The notes beneath the pieces were generated by a model that searched no databases, was not told the origin of the DNA, and saw nothing but the letters and a program-made list of their open reading frames with translations. A stretch of DNA of 64,000 nt, taken from positions 97,342,001-97,406,000 of the forward strand of contig NC_087436.1 in assembly GCF_036321535.1 (NCBI RefSeq), given 5' to 3'. The number at the start of each line of letters is the position of its first letter. Position 1 is the first letter of the stretch. The position numbers were made by a program, and so were the translations under genes. Source of the stretch: Camelus dromedarius (taxonomy: Eukaryota). Shown here piece after piece: positions 41,255 through 53,900 of this stretch.

Positions 41255-41420
41255 TTAAATCTGAGAGAGACTTGAAAAATCATGCAGTCTACCTGCCTCA
41301 TTAAAGAGGTGGCAACTTAGGCCAAGAGAGGATAAATGAGTTTCACAAGGTTATATTCTTAGGATGGCAAAGTCACGTCAGGAATCCATATTTCTTAAGT
41401 CCAGGCTCAATTTTTCCTCC
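41255..41420 (-). mobile_element. MIR3-like SINE
   Basis: 'gagagacttgaaaaatcatgcagtctacc...aacttaggccaagagagg...cacaaggttata'. Confidence 0.65.
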
Positions 41421-43189
41421 CAATTTTTTGTAATTTTAAATATGGAGGAACATTTGAAAGCTCTACTAACATCATCTAAACAGTATCACATCACTGTGGA
41501 CCTTCAACTCATGTTTTCTTTTGTAACACACAAAGATACATTGGTCCCTTTGTTAACCTTGAAAGAGGCGAAAGAAACCATAAGATGCTCTCCTTGCCTT
41601 TAAAAAATTAGAGGGACAATAGGTATGTAAACAAATACTGATAATTATGGGAGATAAATGCTATATAATAAAGGCAATTACAAAGCATTTTGGGAGAAAC
41701 AAAAGTAACATATGAAACAAGAGTGGAAAACAATAAGAACCATCCCGTAAAATTCTCAAATAGAATGACTAAGCCCAGATTCAATCTCCTACCATGGGTT
41801 CTATTAGCTAGAAATGCATTAAGAAGGGAGCTAACGCAGGGGCTCTCGAAAGTTTAAAGTGTGACTCATGGTAACAAAGGCATTTTATATTGTGATCCAA
41901 GAACACATATGCCTATAGATACATATGTATATCCGAAAGCAGATACATGAACAAAATTTGTCTTTATTAAGTACATGTACTCTGATCTATTTCATTCCAT
42001 TCGGGTGACCTGATAGCAAACAACGACATTGATTTCATGGCTTGCAGCCTGAGATACCCTGAGCTAACATGTACGGAGCATCTGTTCTACATGAGCCTTT
42101 TGTCTGGCCATCTCACACATGCTACCGCCCCTGATTTTCCCAGGGTTCGGTAGGGCAAGTATGATCGCATCTTTTTTAGAAGTGAGCAAGCCGAGTTACC
42201 TCCTGAGGATATTCTGTGGCAGAACAGAGCTCCAGACCTGGCACGTCTGCGAAGTCCCTGCTCTTAGTAAGTGGCCTCCCGCTGTTCCTTCAAGCCCTCC
42301 TGCAAACTGTATTTGGACCCCATCCACCTGCACCTTATGTAGGAGACCAGCGAGAGCACTGGAGGCAAAACAAAAGGCATGAAGGTTCACAAAAGCCTTG
42401 AGAAGGGAGGTAGGACCTGGGAAGTGATGACCAAGCTTGACCGAATTCCCTGCACCCAGGCCCTTGGGCTTCACAAGACCTGTTAGTTTTCGTGGGAGCT
42501 TTTCTGGTGCTTACCAATTCTGTAGACTTCTTTGTTTCTAATGTACCTTTGTTCTTCTCACTTTGACAGTCAGGGGCGTCTTGGCTCTCTACTCCAGTGA
42601 TGATGAGATTCCAGCACCTACAAGATTTCTTTATATTTAACCCCAAGCCGTCGGCATTCCTTCCACGCCAAAGAAAATGTCAGGCACGTGTTCTTGGGAG
42701 CTAGACAGACGTGAGTTCAAATGTGAAACCTGAGACTTGGGAGATCTTGGTCACGTCGTTCAATCTTTCTGAACTTTAAGTTCCTGACTGAAAAAAATGC
42801 ACTGACCTTGGGAATTCTTCTCAAAAACTGAAATTGGAACATGAATGGGCTGGCCCAGGGTGAACACTGGAAGTGTGGTAGCTGCTGATCCTGGCACTGT
42901 CCTGGCGGGAGAGTTCTCTCATCTACGCACTGGACAGCCTGGCACCACTTTCTTCCTGGAACTCGTAAGTGAGGATCAGAGACAACCCTAATTTTCAGTC
43001 CTGCTGACAAGACACCACCTCACAGCAAATTCCACAAGGAGAGAAATCCTGTCAACTTTTACCTTTTCATGTCAGCAGAGTCCCGTGTTTAATAGAGCAC
43101 ACTCATTATTTTTTAAGTGAATGAAAGAATGATCTGAATTACTTTCTCTCTGGACATCTCAATGCCTGAAATTCAGAACAGCCTCTCTT

Positions 43190-43430
43190 CATTATGAATA
43201 GCTAACATTCCTTGAATTCCCACTCTGGTTCAAGCAGGTGCATTATGTCATTTGTTCCCTCGACCACAACCCAGTTAGACAGGTACTATTGTTATTCCAG
43301 TCTCACAGATTAAAAAACAGAGGTGGGAAGCAACTTGCCTTTGATCACATAGCTAAAGACTTGTCCAAGCTGAGTTCCTACTCTAGGCACTCTGGCTTTA
43401 GAAACTGCACCTTTAATCACTAAACAGCAC
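43190..43430 (-). mobile_element. MIR SINE (others at about 42060-42280 and 42690-42800)
   Basis: 'cacaacccagttagacaggtactattgttattccagtctcacagat...aagcaacttgcc...atcacatagct'. Confidence 0.75.
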
Positions 43431-44140
43431 TGTTGTCTTTAGAGAGATCCTGTGAGCTTGATGAATTATAGCAGAGGGAGGTGTGTAAGCACACGAGGAC
43501 TCAATAACGATTACATTTGTGTTACTTTATCTGGGGCACAGAAACAGGTATGACAACAGGGGAAAAGCACATCGTGCTATAGAAATATTAAAGGCACATC
43601 ACCTGTAATCCTTTCCAGATCTGAGTTGAGGAAGACTTAGATAAACAGAAACAGCTACCAAATGGCAGCTCATCCTCTGGGGGCTCTTAGGAAAGAAATG
43701 GATTGTGTCTCATCTAATTAGCTGCAAAAATACATTTTAAAAGGGCTGTTATTTAAATGATGAAGGTGTGTCTATGAAGAAGTGCTAGAAAGAAACTAAG
43801 AAACAGAAAGTAGCTGATAATGAGGTTAGCAGAGTGAGTGGTTTTGTCATTCTGATACTTTAATAGTTGACAGTGAAGCTATAAGCTCTCCTCTCCCATA
43901 TTACCCGAAACATATTTTGTAAAATGGTTTATAATTACGGAAGTCATTCTTTGCATGCTCGCCGTCAGTTGGGTAGTGGCCAAGCACTATGTGATAATTC
44001 CTCCATTGACTTCTCACTGCCATCGGTTGTGATCTGTATTATTATCCTCATGGAAAAGAGGAGGAGATGGAGGCTTACTAAGGGGAAGAAGTCTGCCCAG
44101 TGAAGTCATATAGGTACTCATGGGGTTAGGATGTTAATGT

Positions 44141-44228
44141 ATGGGGTTGAGTCATGTGAAACTGTGGCTATGTGACCTCTTTTGATTTATGACAAAAACA
44201 AACATCACTCCATATGATTCCATCTGAC
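44141..44228. mobile_element. MADE2 (mariner-derived MITE) nested in a MIR (about 43960-44270)
   Basis: 'ggttgagtcatgtgaaactg...cttttgatttatgacaaaaac...tccatatgattccatct' resembles the MADE2 palindromic TIR structure. Confidence 0.65.
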
Positions 44229-45088
44229 AGATATGACTTCCAAGTTTATGATTCTAATCATCCTGTTATACTTCCTCACTTGAAGGAAAAATAATGGAAT
44301 TTGAGAATCACTGGAAAGAGTCTCACATTCATTCAAAATTTTCTGATTCTTCTGTTTCTCTCTTCCTATTTCTTTTACGGAATTGGATCAAGATGCCAAC
44401 AAGATTTTGAAGCTACTGAAAAACCTGATTCTAAAAGTGGTCTTTAGTCCTGTGATCTCTGCAATAGTTTTCCACAAGATGCCTGTTGACTAGAATGTAA
44501 CATATTTCCCTTTCTTTTTTAATTGGAAAAGTTTGAAATTATGCACAAAACTTTCTGTTTGTAAAAGTTTGTGCAAGTGTTATTTTTCCAATGCTTTTTC
44601 TTATTTGCAGCTTCTATTCTTAAGCACGTCAATTGGTATAACTTAAAAAAGTCAGAAAGACCCTGAAAATTTATTTGTGACTCATAATTACAGTAATTTA
44701 GAGTGGCACTATGATTTGTCAGTTTCAAGGTTTCAGTTTCAGTTTCTAGATCCAGATTTTAAAATTTTACTTAAATAATTTTGAGTCTAAATTCTATTCT
44801 TACTAACTTATGCTTCCTTCACAAAATTTTCCAGAAACTGTGCACTTCTTAATTTTATCCTTATAACCAGCAGCTCTTAAAATTGATCTATGTTTGAAAC
44901 CATTCCCATTGTCCACTACACACGATTTATGAATTAAAGTAAATTTACAAGAAGTTAAAAAGTATGGTTTAATTCTTTAAAGTATATTGATCAAACTATC
45001 TTTTTAAAGAGCTCATCTTTGCTGGAAAAAACACAAGGGAAAAGTGGATAGAGTTGAAAATATAATTTTATGTCAGGTAAATAAATGC

Positions 45089-45106
45089 TTCCACTAGGTG
45101 GCACTG
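45089..45106 (+). promoter_or_regulatory. CTCF core motif
   Basis: ttCCACTAGGTGGCActg; a close match to the canonical CTCF core (CCAC/TAG-G/A-TGGC) in non-repeat sequence. Confidence 0.65.
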
Positions 45107-45164
45107 TTGATTTATCCACGGATATGATTCGGCCTCACATTTTTATCTTGAAAGCAGAGTCTGT

Positions 45165-45186
45165 CCCCCCTCCCCCCCCCCCCCCC
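45165..45186 (-). repeat. Poly-G tract (G15-A-G6 on minus), G-quadruplex capable
   Basis: Reads directly as C6-T-C15 on the plus strand. Confidence 0.85.
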
Positions 45187-46519
45187 AGTCTAATGAAAAT
45201 TCCTGCATAGGAAAGAGCTGATTTGGGCAATTCTGAACTTGAAAAATGGGTGCTTCTTGCCATTAGAAACCTTATAAATAAACCTCTACCAAATAGATTA
45301 GTTCTTTTGGCAGACAAACAAGAAGGTTGATGACATATGTAACTTCCATCCGGATTCAATAGGTTTAGAAGCAAACTGTTTTTATTTCATCTATATCTCA
45401 CTATTCAGGGATTATTTTAAATAGGAATTATGTCACTGAAATATCTTCTTCTTTATCTGCTTTTTTTGGTAATCAGAGACCCTGGCATGCCCAAGAAATC
45501 CAGATTTTCAATGGCTTTGCAGCCCTGTTGAGACAGGCAGTTTACCATGGGCCTGAGTGTCCCTGCACATTCTCTCTGGGTATTCCGAGAATGCAAAACC
45601 ATGGCTCCCTGGGCCATCGCTCAGGGTTGTGTTTACAGGAGCCACCCCGGGGGATGCAGTGCGTCTCCCTCTGGGAAAGAGCAGGCTTGTTTTCACCTAC
45701 CGTAAAAGTGGTGATTCCCCCAAGCCCAGTGCTCCTCCTCTGTGACGCCAGCTTCCATCATGGCTCCTCGGCCTTGCCCCATGGGACGCGGGGACACGGG
45801 GGAGCCGAGGCAGACAAACGTGAAGCTCTGGCTACTGCTTTGCCGTGGGTAGTAAAGTCTTTTTTCTCTGATTCAGGAGTTTCATTTTTTTTTTTTTCTG
45901 CCAGTATCCATGAAACAGTAAATCCCGGCTCTTCCACAGTTTCTGACAGTATATCCTGTTCTCCATCCTCCTCACAGCACAGAAGATTTTGATTCAGAGT
46001 CAAATCTGAATTGGATGACTAGCACGTCATCTTGTGGAGTCCAGCTTTCCAACCTTTCTAATGTAGGAAGACTTCCTACAGCTTCTCTGAGTAGTCAGCT
46101 GCCCATTCTCAGGCTTAACCCTCAGTGGCAGGGAGTTCCTAGGTGTGAGGTAGCAACTGCGTTTTAGGGTGGATCTCTTAAAAAGTTCTCTTTGGGCTGA
46201 GACTAAGTCTTTCACCCGCTGTCTTTCTCCCAACGGAACTAGTTCCACCTCTGAAGCTATTCAGGTATCAGTGGTCATTTTCCACATCAGACTTTTCTCT
46301 CCTCCAGGTGAACTGACTCTTGTTGTTTGACCATTTCTTTTACATGTTGGTTCTCAATTCTGTCTTTATTGTGGTTGCTCTCCATTTGTTATTTACCAAT
46401 GTTCTGATTTTAAAAAAATATATATAGTCCTTAAATATGGCAAAAATATGCACTTTAGATGTGACCTGATTCTCCTTCACCCCATATATCTCTCCTTGTC
46501 CTTTTCTCTCTTGATCAAA

Positions 46520-46990
46520 TTTACTAAGCCCACAAATGATAAAAACTGTACAGGGTGTGGAGAAGGAGGAACCCTCCCACACTTTTGGTGGGAAAGTGAA
46601 TTGGTGCAGCCACTATGGAGGACAGTATGGAGGTTCCTTAAAAAACTAAAAACAGACTTACCATGTGATCCAGCAATCCCACTCCTGGGCATATACCCAG
46701 AGAAAAAAATATAATTCAAAAAGACACGTACACTCCAATGTTCATAGCAGCACTATTTACAAAAGCCAAGACATGGAAACAACCCAAATGTCCCTCAACA
46801 GATGACTGGATAGAGAAGATGTATTATGTATAATACTCAGCCATAAAAAAGAACAAAATAATGCCATTTGCAGCAACAGGGATGGACCTGGAGATCGTCA
46901 TTTTAAGTGAAGCCAGAAAGAGAAAGAAAAATGCCATATGATACCGCTTATATGTGGAATCTAAAAAAGGGACACAAATAAAATACTTAT
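46520..46990 (+). mobile_element. Lineage-specific L1 fragment (ORF2p C-terminal Cys-rich region and proximal 3'UTR)
   Basis: ORF 46448-46714 ends '[49 protein letters not shown]', the L1 ORF2p C-terminus. Confidence 0.95.
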
Positions 46991-48723
46991 TATTTATAAC
47001 TTAGATGATTGATTTCTTGAATATGTGTACACACATTTGACTGTCCTTTATGATTGGATTATTGCATTCTGTTGATTTTTATTTTGTGGTTGGCTTTATT
47101 CCTTTGGTAACTATGTAAGTTTAAAAAGCTAAAGCTCTAAACTATTCTCTTAGAAACAATGAACAGTACATATATGTAAATTAAGAAAATGCATAGTATA
47201 TTGTATATATGCATTTACATGCAATATTATTGTATATGTGCTGTCAAATTGTATCAATTTTACCAGTAAAAATGAAAAATGAAAAAAGAGTGTTGTCAGG
47301 GCCAAGAAAAAAAAGAAAAATATTACTACTCACAGATGGAAAGCTGTCATTTGTAGAACGCTTCAGCTTATAAAATTGCTTTCCTACATCATCTCATTTA
47401 ACTCTCAAAGCGAGCAAAAAACGAAGAAAATGAGGACAGGAGTTAACCACAGAATCTGATGTATAGAACAGAGTTCCTCATGGTAGAGAGTCAATGTTAA
47501 ATAAAATATACCAACAAGGACATTGAATTCCATAATACATAATTGTTTTGGATCTTAACTTACCTTTGGTGTTGATTTCGAAGTAATTTGTAATCACCAA
47601 CTTTTCCAATAAAGCTTTGTCATTATTCATTTCATGATGAACAAGATCTAGTATTTGTCATTCCTCATCTCTAAATTGCCTTTGATTTAAAAAGTTCTGC
47701 TACTGGATCATAAAGAATCAATAACCCAAATGTATTTTTCAATTCAAACTTAAACAGATCCTTGCCAAGCCTTTTGTACTTTTGTACGTTTCATCATTGA
47801 CCATTTTTGTCTTTCTCACCCCCATTTTCCCTTTCAGTTAAGATGTTTTCAGGCACCATTTTTTTCTTTGAATATTTCCTCATAGTTTCCACTTTCTAAA
47901 AGCAATGGGAAAACCAAATACACACAAACACACACAACTTTTAATAAGCTAAGGATGCACTTAAGAAAAAGACAGGTCACACACGTACTCATACACACAC
48001 ATGCCACCAAAGAAGCATCTTGAAAAAAGTGAAAATATTTTTAACTGTGTCTGCAAAGTCAGTAAACGGATGCGGTACTTCAGTAAGAGAAGAGAAGTGT
48101 TTAGGGTATAGGCAAGTACTTCAGAGGAAAGAGGTCACTTTTTTTTTTCATCATCTAGATGGGGAATATGTGTTCTGTAACGATTAGCTAGAGCTACCTC
48201 AAATATGCACAGATGAAAATGTTCACGTCTGCTAGCCTGAGTTTCTATGCTGCCCGGGGCTCTCTGAGGTTCTCTTCACCATAGGTTCTTTTCTCTGGCT
48301 TCTCACACACTTATTTTCTGTTGCCCTTTCAATGCTTTTACCAATAAAATATCCTTTTATTGTTAGGTTACTCTTCGCTTTCCCACGAAAGGAGTGAGAT
48401 CATACTTGTCTTGCCCACGTTCTTTTCATCATAATTCCCCACTGATTTTCTTTGGCAATGTCAGAACAGCAAAAAATGCCACGCTCTAACAAAGAACCAC
48501 AGGAGACTGAGTGTGAATTTCTCTAAGCCTCTAGTCTCATCCTCCTTTCCTATCAAGTAGGGAGAATAGTAATGTCTACACATTCCTCCTCAAGGTTAGG
48601 GTGAGAATCAGCTGATACCATGGATGTGAAAGAGCTCCCTCCAGGGGAGAGCAGTGTGAGTACTACTTATGTGTGTCACCCGTAGTGTCCCAGGTTTAGG
48701 CAAAAATGGATTGAAATAAAGTA

Positions 48724-48775
48724 CACGTGGATTTCATCAAGTTAATTTCTGTAATGACGTCACAGTCACGTCATT
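48724..48775. promoter_or_regulatory. Cluster: E-box CACGTG (48724-48729), full CRE TGACGTCA (48755-48762), CRE-like TGACGTGA on minus (48766-48773)
   Basis: Read directly. Three CpG-centred motifs lie within 50 bp in CpG-depleted DNA. Confidence 0.45.
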
Positions 48776-48854
48776 TGTTGGTTTCATGCATTCAGAATAC
48801 ATTTGAATGAAAATGCAAATGGATATTGTGTTAGAGACCCCTAACTCTCTAGGT

Positions 48855-49045
48855 CAACGGTGCCAAACTTTTAGAAGAATGACAATGCTCTGAGGTCTTT
48901 ATTAAAAGTAGGTTCTTGAATCCAACGTGCAAAGATTTTTAGTTCAGAATTCCAGATGGAGTCAAGAAAAGTGTATTTTTAAACAAGGCCTACAAGTAAT
49001 TCTACTGTAGATCATCTGGAACCCGACTTTGACCAAATACTACCG
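48855..49045. mobile_element. MER5-family hAT MITE (another at about 49755-49945)
   Basis: 'caacggtgccaaactt...tgtatttttaaacaagg...aagtaattct...gaacccgactttgaccaaatact'. Confidence 0.65.
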
Positions 49046-49194
49046 TAGTCTTGGTCAATGGAAGTTTCTGCCAGTGTGGTCCCAGATGTCCAAGGACTTT
49101 GGAATCAATGGACCAGGGATTGGAGCTCTGCTTGGCCATTTTCTGCCCACATGGCGCAGGCAGACTGCTGAGTATCTTTGGACCTCTGGCTCTT

Positions 49195-49637
49195 TGTTTG
49201 TTTCCTAGGCTGTCATAACAAATTACTACAAATTGGGTTGTCTTAAAACAACAGAAAGGTATTCCTTTGTAGTTCTCAAGGCTAGAAGTCTGAAATCAGC
49301 TGTTGGCAGGGCCATGTTCCCTCTGAAGACTCCCTGTGAAAACCCTTCCTTGCCTCTTCTAGCTCCTGGAGGCTCTGGGCAATCCTTAATATTCCTTGGT
49401 TTGTAGCTGCATTATTCCAATCTCTGCCTCCACTGACACGTGGTGTTTTTCTGGTTCTCTGTGTGTTCCCTTCTCTTCTTATACAAACCTAGTGATTGGA
49501 TTTTAGGACCCACCGTAAGCCAGTATGACCTCGTCTTAATTTAATCATAGCTGCAAAGACTATATTTCCTAAAGTGGTTATATACAGAGGTTCTGGGTGG
49601 ATATGAATATTGAGGGGACACTATTCAACGTGCCACA
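49195..49637 (-). mobile_element. MLT1B/C-like solo LTR inserted in a MIR
   Basis: 'tttcctaggctgtcataacaaattactacaaattgggttgtcttaaaacaacagaa...ggctagaagtctgaaatc...ggggacactattcaacgtgccaca'. Confidence 0.92.
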
Positions 49638-50893
49638 GTGTCCTTGTATTAAGAAAATGCATTATGATAACATTTGGAAGCATCTAGTAGACACTCAGTA
49701 AACAATAGTTTTCTTCTCTCTCTTTTTCCTTTTTTTTTTTTTAATATGGTTTAAACACTGGGTCTCAAACACAAATCTGAAGACCAGGGCTAATTACTTT
49801 AGATTCGCCATGGGTACATTTGAAAATACAAATTCTAGGCCACTCACTATAGTTTATTATTATTGAACAAGTCTGGGATGAGGCAAGAAGCTGTATTTTT
49901 CAAAGATTACCCAGGTGATTCTGATGTGCATTTGGGCTTTCACTAAATGTATCACCTTAATTATAGAACTAGAACTCAAGTATACTTCATTTAGAGAAAA
50001 TCTGCATAAAATGTAAAAATAAATGCTTCTTACAGCACATATTTATTTACAAAAGATAATGTGAATATTACATACAAAATTTCAAAGAGAATGCAAAAGT
50101 ATTAAGCAGGTATATTTGCGAATCAAATATTACTTTTTTGGTTCCAGTCTCAAATCTCAAGGAAAACTTTTGTCTATTATGAGCTTAAACGGAATTAAAT
50201 ATTATCAGAAGAAAACTGTGATAAGGACCAAACACTGTGAGTCACACTCTCTGAAACCTTTATCTTCTTCTGCCTGTTCTGGCTATTTTTCAGTTGAGCA
50301 TACATAGTTTTTCCTTCCACATCCTTCTAATGAAGTCATTTTTAAATTGACATTGAATATCTTTTTTCAGAGTTGACAATCTACATTTCTCCGGAAATTC
50401 TCCATTTGATTTCTGAGTCTTATTCAAATTTCCTTCTTGCTGAAGATCACTGAGCACCGTGGCTTCCTCTCAGCTTAGTGGGACGACTGGCATCAGAAGT
50501 CATCTGCATTATAGCCAGTGAAAATCATAGTGACAGTGAAATTACTGTGAATGAAATTTATTTTGCTGATTATAACACTCATCCACTCCTGGGGTACCCT
50601 GTCCTCTTGTCACCATCAGTTGTCACACCTACTTTGAAAAGAATGTGAAATGGTTATGTGAAAAGAAGAAATGAGTCTCATATAAAAATTCACATCTTTA
50701 AAAGGCTTACAGCTTAAAAAAGAATATTCAGCTATCTTTTCTGTCACCCTTGTGCATTAGCTTTGGCAACTGGGTCTGATGCATTAGAACAGGATGTGGA
50801 TATCCACTCTTTCAGCAAGACAATACACATTTCATCTGAAGACTTGACTAGATTCTTCATGCTGAACTCGGGGAGATAAGCTAACTTTCTCTG

Positions 50894-50910
50894 AGTTGCC
50901 AAGGGCAACT
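50894..50910. promoter_or_regulatory. RFX X-box-like palindrome AGTTGCC-AAG-GGCAACT
   Basis: Perfect 7-bp inverted repeat with a 3-nt spacer, matching the X-box GTTGCC-N-GGCAAC. Confidence 0.5.
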
Positions 50911-53900
50911 TGATTGCATATGAAATTAGGAGCTACTCTGAAAAAATAATGTCTAGACACATTCTTATATTTCATTTCAGGGAACTATTCACCTAATATC
51001 TGTTATCTCCTATTGTCAAAACACTGCTGATGAATAGTGCCTATCCCTTGAATCACGAATCTGAGCTCTATGAAAGAGAGAGCATAATAGAAGTCATAAT
51101 GTTTCCATGTAGCAGGAAACTTCATTTCAGCAGAGAATCGTCAAGTGGCACTAATACACTTGACTTCTTCTACGTGTTTTTTTATATTTGAAATTGTTGA
51201 CATATGTTCAGGTTATGGCCTCCACTTATTTCCTCAGAAATGCTGTTCCATTGAAGATTTTCTTCTCTGCTTTCTCCCTCCTATTTTTGTTATCTATTCC
51301 AATTCCTCGTGTTACAAATTACAACTGTGGCTTTTTTTCATAATAAATATTCATTTATGTCATTATTGTATTCTCCATACTTAACCTTGAAGAACCATAG
51401 CTATCATATGAATATTCATGTATGTAAGTGTGACTATGACTGGGAAAATCAAAGAGAAGGATGTCACAGATGAGGACGAGTGAGCCCTTTTCTGGTACCC
51501 ATATCTTGGCAGTTACTTTACTTTTCGGCACAGAGAGCCAGAGTCATTTACACTCAGGGTGAATCAGAAACTAGAGATGACTCACTAAAACAAAACTCAT
51601 GAAAGACTGATATGTAAACCATATATTGATGGAGTCATTTCTTGTGATAAGTACCTGACAAGAAGTCCTAGTTCTGACACTAGCTCTTCAAGGCAGACTC
51701 CAAATCCACCTAATGGAAAATACAGGCCAGAAATCAAGTTAGACTCTGAAAGCTGGTAGGTAAATCTGCATTAGAGCGAGGGAGCAGATCATAGGCGGAT
51801 GACACTTCAGGCTCCACGTGGGGTTTTCTTACTGACCTTAGACACATGATCAGGAGAGTACCTTCCACATAGGCAGAGTTGGAAATAGATTGACAGTTGT
51901 CTTTTCGGGGATTGTGTTTTGAATTTTTTTTTGTTGCTTAGGACTTTATAACATTCTTCTAATGTTAATAATTTATTTCTTGGACACCATGGGATATGTT
52001 AGAGTCTGGCTTTTATATATCATGAGGTTTGACTAGATTTCCAGACCCTGTACTCCTGCATTAGGTCTGAAAGGCATTGTTTTTCACTATGGTGTCTGTA
52101 AACAGTGGTTCTCATACTAACTATTGTCACTTTAATAAGTTTAGCTGATTTTCAAGTTTTAGGGACACTTGACGGTAGCCCTCTTTGTGTCCGTTCAATC
52201 TCATGTGACTGTCACATAAAGCTTTGTATACCTGGTCTATGAGTAGTAGGACCTACAGTTACCTATGGGTTAAAAAAATGAGGCCTTGCCGCTTAACATC
52301 TTACATTGCCTGTACCTGTGCGCAGAGAATGCCTATTAGAATGAGATATAAGTAGCATTTCAACCTTGAGAGCAGCATGACGTCTTTAGATGTAGAACAG
52401 TTGTGGTAGAAAGTAGAGCCAGAAGAACTGGGCAGGACAACTTCTTCCTCAGTGTCTGGAACAAAGGGATGTGGTAATAGAGATGCAGAGAAATTTTAAA
52501 GTTACACGGTAAAAAAAAAATTATGTTCAAATAATATTCCCCAAATCTTTTCAGTGACATGTTGATAATTAGGTGGGGGCTGAGAATCCTTAAGGAAAGA
52601 GGGAAAACTTTGGGAAAATTGCTGTGGAAAATGTGATGGGGAGGGGGTTTAAGGAAATGCTACTTCCTTTAAATCATGTGAAATCTAGAGTTTCACAGGT
52701 AGCTACTTGAAAGGACTCTCTGGATCAGGACAACTGACCAGGGGGCATAAGCCCCTTTTTGGAATTTTCCAGAATTGCTTCCCCTTAAAGAGCAGGATCT
52801 TTTTTTCTCCCATGCCTTTCAGCAAGGCCAAAAGAGGTTGGCAGTTCCAAACAAGTCTAACTGAATATCACAGGATAATATGAAGATATTAAATACTGAG
52901 AAAATTAGGAGCCTAAAGAGTTAAATTTGCAGGCAAGAGATTTGTACTTCTACACATATCGGCTCCATCTTTTGACACGTGGAACCCCAAGAAAGAGTCA
53001 GGTCAGGCCTGTGTCTCTTGTTTCCTTGCTCCTGGCCGGTGCCTTATTTAATCTGCAGTATATTCCAGCACCATCTTAGCTACACTTCGAGAGTATAGAA
53101 AAGAAACATTAACCTATTATTGAAAGCTTGTGTTCCCCACTTAAAATTTTTCTAGGATAAATGTCAACCTCTTCTTCAGGTGATTGCTTGAAATGAACCC
53201 CTCCTTCAGGTCAATCTTTATTTTTATAGATATATATCCGTAGAGTCTACAGATCTATAGTCCGTAGATTAATAGAGCAGTCGTGCTGTCCCTGTGGGAA
53301 GAATGACATCTAAACTTTTCTCCATGGGGTGTCATTAGGAGCTGTGAAAACAGCGCTAGCCTGGGAAACCAGAAATGCCTCAAAATACAAAAATCCTAGA
53401 GATACTACGTAAGATAAAGCAAATATGATGTGCTGGTTAGAATGTAACAAAGCCATGTAAAATGCATAGCTGGGCAACTGAAAAATAAGCCAGATACAAG
53501 GAGGCCAAAAAAGGAGGAAAATGGAAAACCAGAACGGAAGCCATGACCTGAAGGCTGGGCTGCCCTGTGAGAATTTAAGGGGGTTGATAACACCGGGCTT
53601 GGGTTTGACTGGCTGGGTGGGGGCAGCAAGCGGGGCTCCGGTGAGTAGATGCTTTGTAACAGATTGCATTGCTTTTGCTTGTACTGCTGTTTTCCATTAC
53701 TGTTCATTTCTGCTCAATGCTATTCTACCCATTTAAGATACGTGGAGTAAGATAAATGTCAAATAGAAGGAAAAGAAAAATAATGAAAGAAAGGAGGCAT
53801 AAATGAAGATGCATTTGTGTACATACCTATTTATATGGGAAAAGTAGTATTTAAAGTACTTTTTGAATACTTATACTGTAAATTATTCTTTATTTTAGCT

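Noticed and set aside
41835..42066. Possible hAT MITE
   Set aside because: The TIR-like ends are too degraded for me to assign a family with support.
45528..45992. 154-aa plus-strand ORF
   Set aside because: It has a non-ATG start and no recognisable domain, and is best explained as the antisense shadow of the GC-richer minus-strand exon-like block.
16194..53212. Short tandem duplications (about 16195-16226, 21812-21856, 30218-30262, 53164-53212) considered as CRISPR-like or regulatory arrays
   Set aside because: Each has only two copies and no spacer structure, which is ordinary slippage duplication in a eukaryotic genome.
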